Shown: positions 40,631 through 53,799, counted from the whole stretch's first letter. The stretch: 63,901 nt of DNA, filler included, from Octopus bimaculoides (GCF_001194135.2; 7 parts of 7 records of this genome joined end to end with filler, not necessarily neighbours in it); one strand, 5' to 3'. Numbers and translations: made by a program. Notes: a model not told the origin generated them from the sequence alone.

Positions 40631-41517
40631 AATATAGAGATAAAGATATCTAACAAGCAAGTAATTGAGATAGAGGATAGTCGAGATGTGATATACACGT
40701 ATATACAGGCATTGAGTTATACAAACATAGAGACATGTGTAGACAGGCCAACAGACAGATAAACAGAAGGACTGATAGAAAGACAAACAGGCAGGCAGAT
40801 AAACAGAAAAAAAGTTATAAGACAGACAGGTAAACAGATAAATATATAGACAAACAGAAAGATAAACAGACAGATTGACAGACAGCTAAGAGAGACAGAT
40901 ATATAGGCAGAGACAGTTAGACAGCTAAAGACACAGATGTATAGATGGAGGGAAAAAGTGACAGTCAGACGTAGATGTATTTTCAGAAAGACAGAAAGAG
41001 ATGCTATATGCCCGACAGATGTGTTGGCAAATCTGTCTGTCTGTCTTTTTTTGTCTGGCTGTTTTTGGTAGTGACCAATTCTATTTCTCTCTTAAGAAAT
41101 AGGTCGACTCCAGGATAAGGTGAAAGATGTTTTGATCAAGATGCTTCAACGCAATGGGCTCGAACGTGAGACCTCGTGGTTGAGAAGTCATCCACTTGGC
41201 CACGCACATAACTTTTATATTTTATCTATTACTAGTTTCAGTCATTGGACTGTGGCCATGCTGGAGCACCGCCCTGAAGAAGGTGTGGTCGAACAAATTG
41301 ATCCTAATACTGATTTCTTTAAGCTTAGTAACTCATTCTATCGGTCTCCTTTTTGCTGAACCGCTAACGTTGCGGGATGTTAAATGAACCGACACCAGTT
41401 GCAAAGTGGAAGCGGTGGGCAAACACACACACACACACACACACAATACACATGTATATATCTATATATGTGTCTATGTGTCTGTGTATGTATGCACATA
41501 CACGAATATACATATAC

Positions 41518-41566
<49 letters not shown>

Positions 41567-41698
41567 TGCGTGTATGCATGCGTATGAATACATGCTACAT
41601 CGATAGATATATTACATACATACTCGCACATATATATGCATACATACATAAAGATACACACTCGCATGCACACACACTCTCATACACACACACACACG

Positions 41699-41734
<36 letters not shown>

Positions 41735-42069
41735 TCATACATCATACATTATAGATGGCGGCGCGCAGTATCTAGCAGGTGTTACATGGCAAGCTTTCGC
41801 TCCTTGCGAAAACGAGGCCATACTTTGCCTATCTTTGATCAGCTGACTTCCGGCGGGATTAGCTGCAGGGATGGGAGGATTTCAGATAGAGGTGGGGGTT
41901 TGATAATGAGAAGGAAGAGGATGGGTTTGGATAATAGGGAACTTGAGCGTTATAAAGAATAAATGAGATAGAGGAAGATGAAGAAAGGGGCGAGAGGGGA
42001 GAGAGTGATGGAAGTGCCTACGTTTTTTTTGTGTGTATATGATTCAGTGTATGCATGTATGTATGTATG

Positions 42070-42100
<31 letters not shown>

Positions 42101-42848
42101 TGTATGTATGTATGTCGTAAACGAATCAACGTGTCTGTTTGTATATAAGCACGTATATACCTAAGTGTCTGCGTGTGTGTGTACATGCATCTGTCTACAC
42201 ATTTGCACGGGCATGTAGGTGTACGCATATACGTATGAATGAATTTACGTACACACAGATAGGTACAGAAACACAGATGCACATACTCACACACAACACG
42301 CATACACATACACACACGCACACACACAATATGTAACACGATTTTCTCTATGAAATGAGTCACAGTAAAGATTGACGGGAAGAGTAGGAGAAAAAGAGTA
42401 GGAGGAGTGGGCCTTGCTGGATTGGGTTTGCCTTAGAAAGTTCAGAGGAACAGGGGCCGAAGTTTGCTCCTGTACACTTGCTTAGGAGCATAAACACCCG
42501 TCTCTTCCCTTCGACTCACTCATAGTGTTTCTACCCACCGCCACCTGCCCCAACATTACGTACTAACCACCAGCATGGACCAATCTTTCACCCCACTCTC
42601 CTCACCTGGACTCCAGCATTTTGGTATCCCCCCTCCCCACCTCCCGGCTCAGATCTTTTCCTGCGGATGTTAATACAAAGTTGTTTGAAACTGAACCTGC
42701 AGCGCACATCAATACCACTAACCTCGGTCTGTCGGCCAGGAAAAGGTTATGTGGGCGCTGCCCCTTCCTTCTGACAAAAACAGTAAAAATGTAGACGTAG
42801 GAGGGGCACTGAGATGAAATACTGTACGTGTATGTATGCTTATGTGCA

Positions 42849-42881
<33 letters not shown>

Positions 42882-42944
42882 ATGAGTACGCATAGATACA
42901 TATAAGGACACAGATTACATACATGCATACACACACACACACAC

Positions 42945-42991
<47 letters not shown>

Positions 42992-43091
42992 NNNNNNNNN
43001 NNNNNNNNNNNNNNNNNNNNNNNNNNNNNNNNNNNTTAATTAATTAANNNNNNNNNNNNNNNNNNNNNNNNNNNNNNNNNNNNNNNNNNNN

Positions 43092-43123
<32 letters not shown>

Positions 43124-43342
43124 GATATTCATATGTATATATATGGATATATATATATAGTTATATATATAAGCATATATATGTATAAATATATAGTTAT
43201 ATATATATGTATATACATATATATATACATATTATATGTATTTATATGCATGTACATCTATGTATATATATATGTGTGTGTATAGATAGATAGAGAGAGA
43301 GAGAGAGACAGAGAGACAGACAGACAGACAGACAGAGATATG

Positions 43343-43383
<41 letters not shown>

Positions 43384-43641
43384 TATATATATTAATATGT
43401 ACATGCATATACATGCTTAGGTACACGCACACGCACATAGCACAAATAAATGTGTGTTTGTGTGTGTGAAATTCATAGACGCGCACATATATCTGCCTTT
43501 CTGTCTGTATGTATGAAATATTTGCAAACAAGTTTATCCGTATACATACAACCGCTCACACACTCATATATATACGTGTGTACATACACAAACACTCACA
43601 CACACACACGTGCACATAGATGTGTGCATATGTTTATGTGA

Positions 43642-43682
<41 letters not shown>

Positions 43683-44101
43683 TGTTTATGTATGTATGCA
43701 TTATGTATGTATGCATGTATGTATGTGTATTTGACATCAAAGAAACAGGGGAACGAGAATTATGTAAACAACTTCATTGGCTTACAGCTGTTTGTGCTGT
43801 AATGTGTATCTTATAGCTTCTTATTTTAAAGGCTTCGAGGATGCTATAAATTGATGCACGAGCACTCGACTCTGAGTGCACTACATCTTATAGCAGGAAC
43901 AGCTGTAAGCTAATGAAGTAGATTCCATCATTCCTGTTCGCTTGTCATTCGTTTAATTTACTTCGTGACAATTTTTAATAAAATCGCGGAAGTGCATTAA
44001 GTCGAGAATTCAACGAAAATGCAGAAAGAAGAGACTCCGCATATCAGTTCAGTTTAAATTTAGAACAGTTATATAGAATCAATTACTCGACATTTTGAAA
44101 T

Positions 44102-44374
44102 GAATCTGAACAGGAAAGATATCGAGGAAAAAAATCAGAAAACCTAATGAGAATCTGTTTAAAATCCTTTATCCGAAATTCCAAAATCCGAAAGTTTCTT
44201 GAATACTGACAGGTTATGTCAGAATTGGACAATTAAACGAATCTAAACAGGAAAAATATCGAATTTTAAAAATCAAAATACCTAATGAGAATCCATTTAA
44301 GTTTAGTACAGTAAAAATATTTTATCCGAAATTCCAAAATCCGAAAGTTTTTTGAATGCTGACATGTTATGTCA
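44102..44374. repeat. Diverged tandem duplication (unit about 120-135 bp)
   Basis: gaatctgaacaggaaagatatcga..cctaatgagaatc..tttatccgaaattccaaaatccgaaagttt..ttatgtca appears twice (44102 and 44239). Confidence 0.9.
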
Positions 44375-44984
44375 CAAAGTTACAATTGTACAAATTATTG
44401 AAAAGTGCCACCGAGTGCAGATGTTGTGTGCCGCTATGGTACTTGAGTTTGCAAGCAGTGACTATCATGTATTGTTTTGTATAGTCTTGTTTGCACAAGT
44501 TAGCACAAGACGTTATTTTTACGGTAGATCCGAATTTCACCTCCATGTTTGAGTGTAACGTAGATAGCGTCATTACTTGTACTAGTGGAAAGATTGCCCT
44601 CCGGGCGGTTTTCAGCTAGCCATTTGATAACATTTTCACATTTGATTCCCAATTCTGATAATTTTTATATGTTACGTCTAATCATTTCTTTGTATAATAG
44701 TGCTCACTTGCTTAGTAAATATTGCTTTCATTATTTTATCATGGTCATATTCTCTCATTTTTAAACAAACATCAAGATAGTCCAACTACGGAGGGGAAAG
44801 CAGTTTGTCAAGTTTTATCTTCCCCTCAAAGCAACATAGAGATTTCAATTCAACAGTCTACCTGTTGAATTGAAATCATTGTCAAAGAGACTTCCTGAAT
44901 TATGTGGCTGTACAATAGATAGGACAACCAGTTCTTGAAAATCATCGAAACTGGCTTCCTTCGCTAATCCTTTAACAGAAATCT

Positions 44985-45500
44985 TCCTAATTTGAACATT
45001 TTTATTGCTTCATATTGATGTACAGGCACCATTTTTCGTCGCCATTAACGATTCGGTAAAGAAATCGTTACTTGTGTCCATGAGTTGAGCGGTGACGAGC
45101 AAGCAAATCGGCGGAGATTGTGGCTCGTTGATTTTTGTTGTTGTCACTTGAAGCATTCGGAACCCATGCTCCATACTTCTGAACCTTTCCCATCGAGTGA
45201 AGATGCTTCTCTATAACTGTGTGGGAGCATTCCATTTTCTCTGTCACTTCCCTTGTCGTTTNNNNNNNNNNTGATTTTTGTTGTTGTCACTTGAAGCATT
45301 CGGAACCCATGCTCCATACTTCTGAACCTTTCCCATCGAGTGAAGATGCTTCTCTATAACTGTGTGGGAGCATTCCATTTTCTCTGCCACTTCCCTTGTC
45401 GTTTGACGAGAATTTTCGGGCAAAAGTTGGTGTAATCGCTGTTCATCGAACTCAACTAGACGGCCAGAATGAGGTACGTCTTTGAGTCATCTGCTACGGA
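44985..45500 (-). mobile_element. Mariner (Mos1/Hsmar-type) transposase fossil
   Basis: KDVPHSGRLVEFDEQRLHQLLPENSRQTTREVAEKMECSHTVIEKHLHSMGKVQKYGAWVPNAS...RFLYRIVNGDEKWCLY shows the WVPHEL linker and the first catalytic TGDEKW motif. Confidence 0.92.
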
Positions 45501-47144
45501 CACCGAATCCGTTGTTCATAGTCCTCTAAAAACTACCATAACAATTTTACCCCAGGGACTATTTCTCCCTCTGCAGCAAAAGTGTTTCTACATCAGTGTA
45601 CACGAACGTTTGAAACATAATTGTAGGCACCAGTATTTCAAAGAACGTTGTTTAATGTGCCTCTAGTTGAAGAAGAAATGGTTTTTAAAATGAAAACATC
45701 AATTTTTCTCCGCATTGAGAAATAATCAAAGAAATATACAAAAGTCTCGTTCAAGGAACATAAAATTGGTAAGTACACTTAATAATCTTCGTCAACAAAA
45801 TCGCACTTCAAGCCACAAAGAATGGAGTCAGAAATATCGACGCTTCAAACTAATTGAATTACGGAAACGTTTTCTGTTTTTTATAACCTGTCCTGAGGAA
45901 CAGAGACACACATGGTAAAAAGTAAAAAATAAAATTAAGTCGTTATGCTACGAAAGTAACAAATTTGTATTACCAATACAAGTTGATATTTTTTTTTACC
46001 TATTTCTTGTTTCAATCAGAGGCCCACGGCCATGCTGGAGCAGTACTTTGAAAGGTGTATTCAGTCAAATTAACCGAAGTATTTATTTTTCGATAAGTCA
46101 TTGGGCGGCTAGCAATGGCACCATATACGCAGTATATTGTGCATTTAAACTTTATACGATTTCAAAGGGAATAACACGTATGCATTCCATTCTACTGTTA
46201 ATGTGTGTGTGTGTGTATATATATATACGGATATGCACGGATTAACAGAGAAAACGTAACGTGTTGGAGAAGTTGAACGAAAGCGCTTACACATAAAATA
46301 CACACTATACGAAAACTTCTTTCCCAAAGGTTCTGACATTGTTTTTTAAATAGTTAAAAGCATTTTAAATATCTTTCTTAATCCATATACATTACACACA
46401 CACGCAGGCACACGTACACACACATATATATATACATATATATATCAGAAGGAAAATGCACAGAATGGATATACTTTTTTTAAGAACTGAAATATTTACA
46501 TAGTCAACCGGTTTCGTTTTTGCTAATCATGACTAAAAAAAAAGTTAGTGAAGATATTACTATGAAAAGCGAAACTGACTTTGTGAATATTTTATCTCAT
46601 AAAAAATACATAGATTCTATGCTTGTTCGTTCTTTTTTATATTTTTCACTACAATTCACCACGTGGGGGAGAAATCTTTTCAACGAAGCTCTTCACTATA
46701 TATNNNNNNNNNNNNNNNNNNNNNNNNNNNNNNNNNNNNNNNNNNNATAGGGCATTTAAAATATAAGGTCAAATACACTTTCTTTCTTTGCTTGACCTAT
46801 TCTGATGGCCTCACTGTACCACCAACTGTCACGAGTGGGAGCGTGGTGGGTTAGCAAAATTAATCAAGGAATAATGAATAAAGAATAATGAAAGTGTTTC
46901 AGGCTATTGATATCAACTGGAAATTGGGTTAACAATCACGATGTGTAATGGCGGCCATTGAAAGGTGTTTGCTCTATTACAGAATGTTCGAGAACAGAGC
47001 ACAATCAGTGGTAATAAGTCAGTTGGCGAAGTTGTGTCTGTCTGTTTGTATGTCTGACCTTGTTTTGATTGAGTGGTTAGAAAGATTCTCGGAAGTGAAC
47101 AGCGGGATACGTATATAGTTTACATTGTAAGTACAATGCAATAA

Positions 47145-47180
<36 letters not shown>

Positions 47181-47252
47181 TATATATATATATATATATA
47201 CATACATACATACATACATGCAAACTAATATAATAATATAAGTATATATGTT

Positions 47253-47293
<41 letters not shown>

Positions 47294-47437
47294 TATATAT
47301 GGTTATATATACTTTATGTGTGTTTGTATGTATACATATATGTACATATACAAATATGTGTGTATGTATATGTATGTATATTATGTCTATATATATATAT
47401 GTATATATATGTGTGTATATGTATGTATGTATGAATG

Positions 47438-47471
<34 letters not shown>

Positions 47472-47605
47472 CGTGTGTATATATATATGTATATATATAT
47501 ATATANNNNNNNNNNNNNNNNNNNNNNNNNNNNNNNNNNNNNNNNNNNNTTAATTAATTAANNNNNNNNNNNNNNNNNNNNNNNNNNNNNNNNNNNNNNN
47601 NNNNN

Positions 47606-47649
<44 letters not shown>

Positions 47650-48248
47650 CAAACTTCTTTCAGTTTCCATCTCTCAAATCCACTCACAAGGCTTGGAAAA
47701 TAAGGTTGTAGAAGAGAATGAAATGCAAGGCATAAAATATTTTGTCTTGGGACAAACTGGCAAGATGATGCAAATCCTAATCTGTTGGATCCCCAGTCTG
47801 TGGATAGAGGAACAGCCTGTAAGATATATATAGAAGAGCTAAGCTGCAATGAATAATCTAGTAGCAGTCCCAGACAAAATCATGGGTTGCTCTGCCAGGG
47901 TCACAGTGAAATTCTGAAGCCCCCAAAAAGAGTGGAAATACCACTATTGTAGTGAATGGAAATGCAAGACAAAAAAAAAAATACTTTGTCTTTGGATTTC
48001 CTCCCACTTTGCAGAACAAATTATGCTTCTATGAATCCTGACCTGGGGAAACCCATCAATTTCACTGGCACTGTAATCGTCTATAGGACTTGAGACCAAG
48101 ACAAGAAATTAGCAATCGAAAGATATCAACCCCTTTTTTTCTCCCCCCACAAATTGGATTATCAAACAGTATATCCACCTTCTAGGACCTTGAGAGTATG
48201 CCACCATACTCTATATGCACCAGCTTTTCTCCCTTTCTGTTAAAAAAA

Positions 48249-48569
48249 CATTAGGCAAGACACACAACTCTACCTAACTCAGTCAAGCAAATCTGTAAAC
48301 CTTAGGCAAGACACATCACTCTACGTAAGTAAGCTGTAAACCTTAGGCAAGACACACAACTCGACATCCATCAGTCAACCTCTTAGACAAGACACACAAC
48401 CCTACCTAACTCAGTCAAGCAAATCTGTAAATCTTAGACAAGACACATCACTCTACCTAAGTAAGCTGTAAACCTTAGGCAAGACACACAACTCTCAGAG
48501 AAGACACTTCACGTTCCTTTAGACAAAACACTCCATTTTCCCTTCAACAAGACACTCCACTCTACTTAC
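48249..48569. repeat. Variable-length minisatellite (core cttag(g/a)caagacac(a/t)caactctac), about 8 units
   Basis: The core recurs at about 25-52 bp spacing right up to the splice donor of the Q-rich exon. Confidence 0.9.
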
Positions 48570-49637
48570 CTCAAGGTGAATGAAATGGTCGTCTTTGTTT
48601 TGATGTCCAGCCTTTGCAGCAATTTGATTCACAGCTTGCACTGGCGACTTCTGTGCATCTTTCTGCGACAAGCTGCGAACCCCTTGCACCGACTGCTGTT
48701 GTTGCTGCACTGGATTTTGCTGCTGTTGTTGTTGGTGTTGTAAAACGATGTTCTGTTGTTGTTGTTGCTGAGGGTTCACACTTCTCGCTTTAAGCTGCAG
48801 GTGCGCATTTTGTGCTTGTTGTTGTTGCTCTTGTGCCAAGTTCTGCACAGGTTGTTGCTGTTGTGCAACATTCTGTGCAGCTTGCTGCGGTTGTGCAACA
48901 TTCTGTGCAGCTTGCTGCTGTTGTGCAACATTCTGTGCAGCTTGCTGCTGTTGTGCAACATTCTCTGCAGCTTGCTGTTGCTGTTGTGCAACATTCTGTG
49001 CAGCTTGCTGCCGTTGTGCAACGTTCTGTGCAGCTTGCTGTTGTGCAACATTCTGTGCACCTTGCTGCTGCTGTTGTACCACATTCTGTGCACCTTGCTG
49101 CTGCTGTTGTACCACATTCTGTGCAGCTTGCTGCTGTTGTGCAACATTCTGTGCACCTTGCTGTTGTACCACATTCTGTGCAGCTTGTTGCTGTTGTGCA
49201 ACATTCTGTGCACCTTGCTGCTGTACCACATTCTGTGCAGCTTGCTGCTGCTGTTGTACCACATTCTGTGCAGCTTGCTGTTGTTGTGCAACATTCTGTG
49301 CACCTTGCTGCTGTTGTACCACATTCTGTGCACCTTGCTGCTGCTGTTGTGCAACATTCTGTGCTGCAGCTTGCTGTTGCACCATATTCTGTGCAGCTTG
49401 CTGCTGCTGTGCAACGTTCTGTGCACCTTGCTGCTGCTGTTGTGCAACATTCTGTGCACCTTGCTGCTGTTGTGCAACGTTCTGTGCAGCTTGCTGCTGT
49501 TGTGCAACGTTTTGTGCAGCATTCTGCATTGCAGCCTGCTGCTGTTGTGGTAGAATATTCTGTGCAGGTTGTTGTTGTTGCTGCGCATAGTTCCTGTCGA
49601 GGGCTGGGTTACCGACATCATCAGCACCACCAAGTTT
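48570..49637 (-). CDS. Internal exon (356 aa, phase 0-0) of an unidentified glutamine-rich tandem-repeat protein
   Basis: Acceptor (t)n gcttcttcccag|AAA CTT GGT at 49637 and donor CTT GAG|gtaagt at 48570; the length is 1068 nt = 356 codons with no stop. It reads KLGGADDVGNPALDRNY, then about 22 core [A/G]AQNV[A/V]Q(3-5) units, then LQLKARSVNP(Q)n...VQGVRSLSQKDAQKSPVQAVNQIAAKAGHQNKDDHFIHLE. Unit length varies in whole codons. Confidence 0.85.
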
Positions 49638-49957
49638 CTGGGAAGAAGCAAAAAAAAAAAGGAAAATAAATAATAAAAATGAAAACAAAGCAAAATAATA
49701 ATAATAATAATAAATAAGTAAAGACATGTAAATGCCCCTAAAATCTTCAATTTAAATCAATGGCCCTCAAATCGAGGCCATAAGGTGCTTCGGGGTTCAC
49801 ATAAGGTTTTCTTGCTATAATTTAGCCCTTCAACATTCAGATTACTGTGTCAAATGTAAACCTTATTATTTTGAATTGGGTCAAGTGTCTTCTACTATAG
49901 CCTCAGGCTGACCAAAACCCAACTGATCGGATTTGAGAGGCAGAAATTGAAAGAAAC

Positions 49958-49995
<38 letters not shown>

Positions 49996-49998
<3 letters not shown>

Positions 49999-50154
49999 AG
50001 GAATGGCTATGCAGTAAGTAGTTTGCTTACCAACCACATGGCTACGGGTGCAATCCCACCATGTGACACTTTAGGCAAATGTCTTCTTCTATAGCTTCAG
50101 GCTGACCAAAGCTTTGTGAGTGGATTCGGTAGACAGAAACTGGAAGAAGCCCAT

Positions 50155-50156
<2 letters not shown>
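49996..50156 (+). mobile_element. SINE family B, 5' half (another fragment at 49880-49965)
   Basis: ggaggaatggctatgcagtaagtagtttgcttaccaaccacatgg...ggctgaccaaagctttgtgagtggattcggtagacagaaactggaagaagcccatc. Confidence 0.85.
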
Positions 50157-50188
<32 letters not shown>

Positions 50189-50451
50189 AATAAATAAATA
50201 TATATATAAATAAATAAATATATATATAAATAAATAAATATATATATAAATAAATAAATATATAAATAAATAAATATATAAATAAATAAATATATAAATA
50301 AATAAATATATAAATAAATAAATAAATANNNNNNNNNNNNNNNNNNNNNNNNNNNNNNNNNNNNNNNNNNNNTTAATTAATTAANNNNNNNNNNNNNNNN
50401 NNNNNNNNNNNNNNNNNNNNNNNNNNNNTCTTTTTTTTCTTTTTTTTCTTT

Positions 50452-50810
50452 TTACTTGTTTCAGTCATTTGACTGCGGCCATGCTGGGGCACCGCCTTTT
50501 AGTCGAGCAAATCGACCCCAGGACTTATTCTTTGTAAGCCTAGTACTTATTCTATCGGTTTCTTTTTGCCGAACCGCTAAGTTACGGGGACGTAAACACA
50601 CCAGCCTCGGTTGTCAAGCGAAGTTGGGGGGACAAATATAGATATACATATATACGATGGGCTTCTTTCAGTTTCCATCTACCAAATCCACTCACAAGGC
50701 TTTGGTCAGCCCGAGGCTATAGTAGAAGACAAGGTGCCACGCAGTGGGACTGAACCCAGAACCATGTGGTTGGTAAGCAAACTACTTACCACACAGCCAC
50801 TCCTGCACGT
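50452..50810 (-). mobile_element. SINE family B, near full-length young copy
   Basis: cttgtttcagtcatttgactgcggccatgctggggcaccgcc...gaaccgctaagttacggggacg...ggtaagcaaactacttaccacacagccactcctgc. Confidence 0.9.
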
Positions 50811-51709
50811 GTTGCGTCTGACGCGCTCCTAGGAAGTTGCTAATCAAATGTCTTTCACAGCATTACAAAACGAATGATGATGACACTACTAATTTAACTC
50901 CAATAAATCATGTTGATAACGTATCTTCTACGATATTTCCGAGCCGACCAATGCCTTATGAGTGAATTTGACAGAGGGGAACTGTGTGGAAGGCCATCGT
51001 ATACATACGCGTGTGTGTCTTTATGTACGTGTTTGTCCTGCTTCCTACTGCTCAGTATTTTTTCTTAGTCTGTTTGCGTACCTATTATTTAGCGGTTCGG
51101 CAAAAGATTTCGGATAGATATAAGTATCAGACTGTAAAATGCAGTATTACTGAGGTTGATCTTTTCGGCTACAACCATTCCAACGACTGAAACAAATAAA
51201 GGATAAAAAAATAAGTTATAAATATATTATCACTTTTGTAACACCTAAATGCATGAGAAAAAATAAACACACATGGAACGCGTCTAATTTTCAAGTTCTG
51301 TTCGATAAACAACCAGAACGCTGACACATAAACACAAGTGATGAGAGGAGAACAAAGCGATGCGGATCCATTAGCTGTCAAGTGAATTCTGCCAGTTGGG
51401 GTAAATCACTGCTATTAATAGTAAAGAGAGCAGCCAATTTAAACTCAAACAAATTTAATCCCTGAACATGGTGCACAAACCCACTATAGGGTTGTGATTG
51501 GTGAGTATTAACCAATGAAAAGCCAAGAGAAAAGGTCGGTCAACGACAAGCTGGAACTAGAGTTATGCTTTGAGCCACTCCTATAAACAGAATTCGTAGT
51601 CGGATTAATAATGTCAACATTGTTAATTTCACTGTGCAATGGGAAACATCTGGCAGGCGACATAATAGAAACTACCCAACCTCTACATATGTATGTGCAT
51701 ATATGCAAA

Positions 51710-51749
<40 letters not shown>

Positions 51750-51958
51750 NNNNNNNNNNNNNNNNNNNNNNNNNNNNNNNNNNNNNNNNNNNNNNNNNNN
51801 NNNNNNNNNNNNNNNNNNNNNNNNNNNNNNNNNNNNNNNNNNNNNNNNNNNNNNNNNNNNNNNNNNNNNNNNNNNNNNNNNNNNNNNNNNNNNNNNNNNN
51901 NNNNNNNNNNNNNNNNNNNNNNNNNNNNNNNNNNNNNNNNNNNNNNNNNNNNNNNNNN

Positions 51959-52002
<44 letters not shown>

Positions 52003-52889
52003 TATACACACGCACACCACATACACACATACACAAATAGCTAGATAGATAGATGCGAACGTACGCTTGCACATGCACATATACGTAAAATATCAAACTG
52101 CCTATCCTTTTTTGTTTGCTGTTTACCATTTATCTATCATATTACAAGAATGGAAGAGAAAGCAATGTCTGCTCTGAGTGAGGGGTGTAAGAATCTGAAA
52201 GAAAATATTGCAAAGAGAGAGGTGTCAGATAGATAGGTTCAAGTTCATCTCAAGAGTTTCGAATAGTGAATCTAGATTGCAGATATAAAATATATCTCTC
52301 AATATGGCGTTTAAGCTTATGCTACAGAAGTGCAATTTCAACAGACGTTTCTACATCCCGAACAACCAAAAGTCTTAATGCTTTCTTTCGCCATGGCTGT
52401 GTGGTCAAGAATCTCTCTTTACAACCCTATTGTTTCCTGGTCAGTCCCATTCCGCTGTACCTTGGGCATGTGTCTCCTACTATAGCCCGGGGCAACCAAT
52501 GCCTTGCGAGTAAATCTTGTTGACAGAAACGGTGTGAAAGCCCGTCGTATATGTGTGTATGTGTGCGTACGTGAGTACGTGTGTGTGTGTGTGTGTGCAT
52601 GTGTGCGTGCGTGCGTACGTGAGGCCGTGTGTTTGTTTCATGCGTTTCATATGTGCCAACACACGAAACTCTCGACCCTTGAGTCAATCTGTAACTTCCG
52701 TCGATTGTTAGTAAAAAAAACATACACACATATATGTATGTATGTATGTGTGTATGTATGTATGTATGTATGTATGTAAGTGTGTATATATATTTAGTCA
52801 CACGAAGCAGCACTGAATAAAATATTTTCATGTAAGATGATATTTAACGCTCTTGCGCACACCTGGACGTGGTAAGACCTTCCGTTGCC

Positions 52890-52940
<51 letters not shown>

Positions 52941-53766
52941 GGATAGATAGATAGATAGACAAATAAGTATTGTATTGTTCATTTGTTGATAGTATCAGCC
53001 AAAGAAAAAAAAACCCTCAGTTTAGCAAGAGTGAAATATCATTTAATGGCTTACAAGATTCATTAAATGTTTGATCCTTTCCCAATTTCTTTTACAAAGC
53101 TTTCATCGATCCGAGATTATTAGAGAAAGTAATGCACTACTGGTCGAACCTTCTTGCATGTAATTAACCCTAGTAATTTGTCTGTTACTTATAAATATGT
53201 TATTTTCTTTCGCCTGTTCAAGTACAATATAACACATGTACAATGTAATTCTCTCATCGCAACTTCTGAAAATGTCACTGAAGTCTATACTTTCGCTGAC
53301 GAAGTGCAATAACATCAAAACATAGTCTGAGTTGCTTCCCTTACTTGTCAGAAAAAATGTAAATATTAGTCATTGTTAAGCTAATATTTGTCTTTCCCTC
53401 TCCGGTTTAGCATATATAATTAGATTGTTTATGCGGACTGTATTGAATATGTTACCGCTGACATACATATTATGTAAAGGCGTATATACTGCTGTTATAT
53501 AAACTTGTGTTGGTATGTGTTGTAGTAGAATACATTTGGCTTAGTCCATTATTGTCAATGGAGTTTCTTAAATACATCAACAATATTATGTGTGTATGTA
53601 TGTGTGTATACTAGTGTGTTTGTGTTTATGTGTCGATGTATTTATATAGGTAAATATAACAGGTTCTTAGATTGCTTAGATTCATGTTGCGTTCACATGT
53701 GAGTGTGTGTGTGTGTATGTGAGTGTGTGTGTGTGTGTGTGAGATTGTGTGTATGCACACTTCTCA

Positions 53767-53799
<33 letters not shown>

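Noticed and set aside
42605-42770. Possible minus-strand exon (tttttgtcag| ... ccag|gtgagg)
   Set aside because: Only one frame is open, the peptide is unrecognisable, and I could not link its phase to the Q-rich exon.
45130-45403. 130-bp direct duplication inside the mariner fossil
   Set aside because: The copies flank a 10-N gap and differ at one base, which fits overlapping contig ends from two haplotypes. The caagcat duplication at 38607-38630 is similar.
47690-47818. Possible next minus-strand exon after the Q-rich exon (cttacag|GCTGTTCCT...)
   Set aside because: Its apparent donor (cctt|gtgagt) is part of a SINE B body, and the peptide has no recognisable features.
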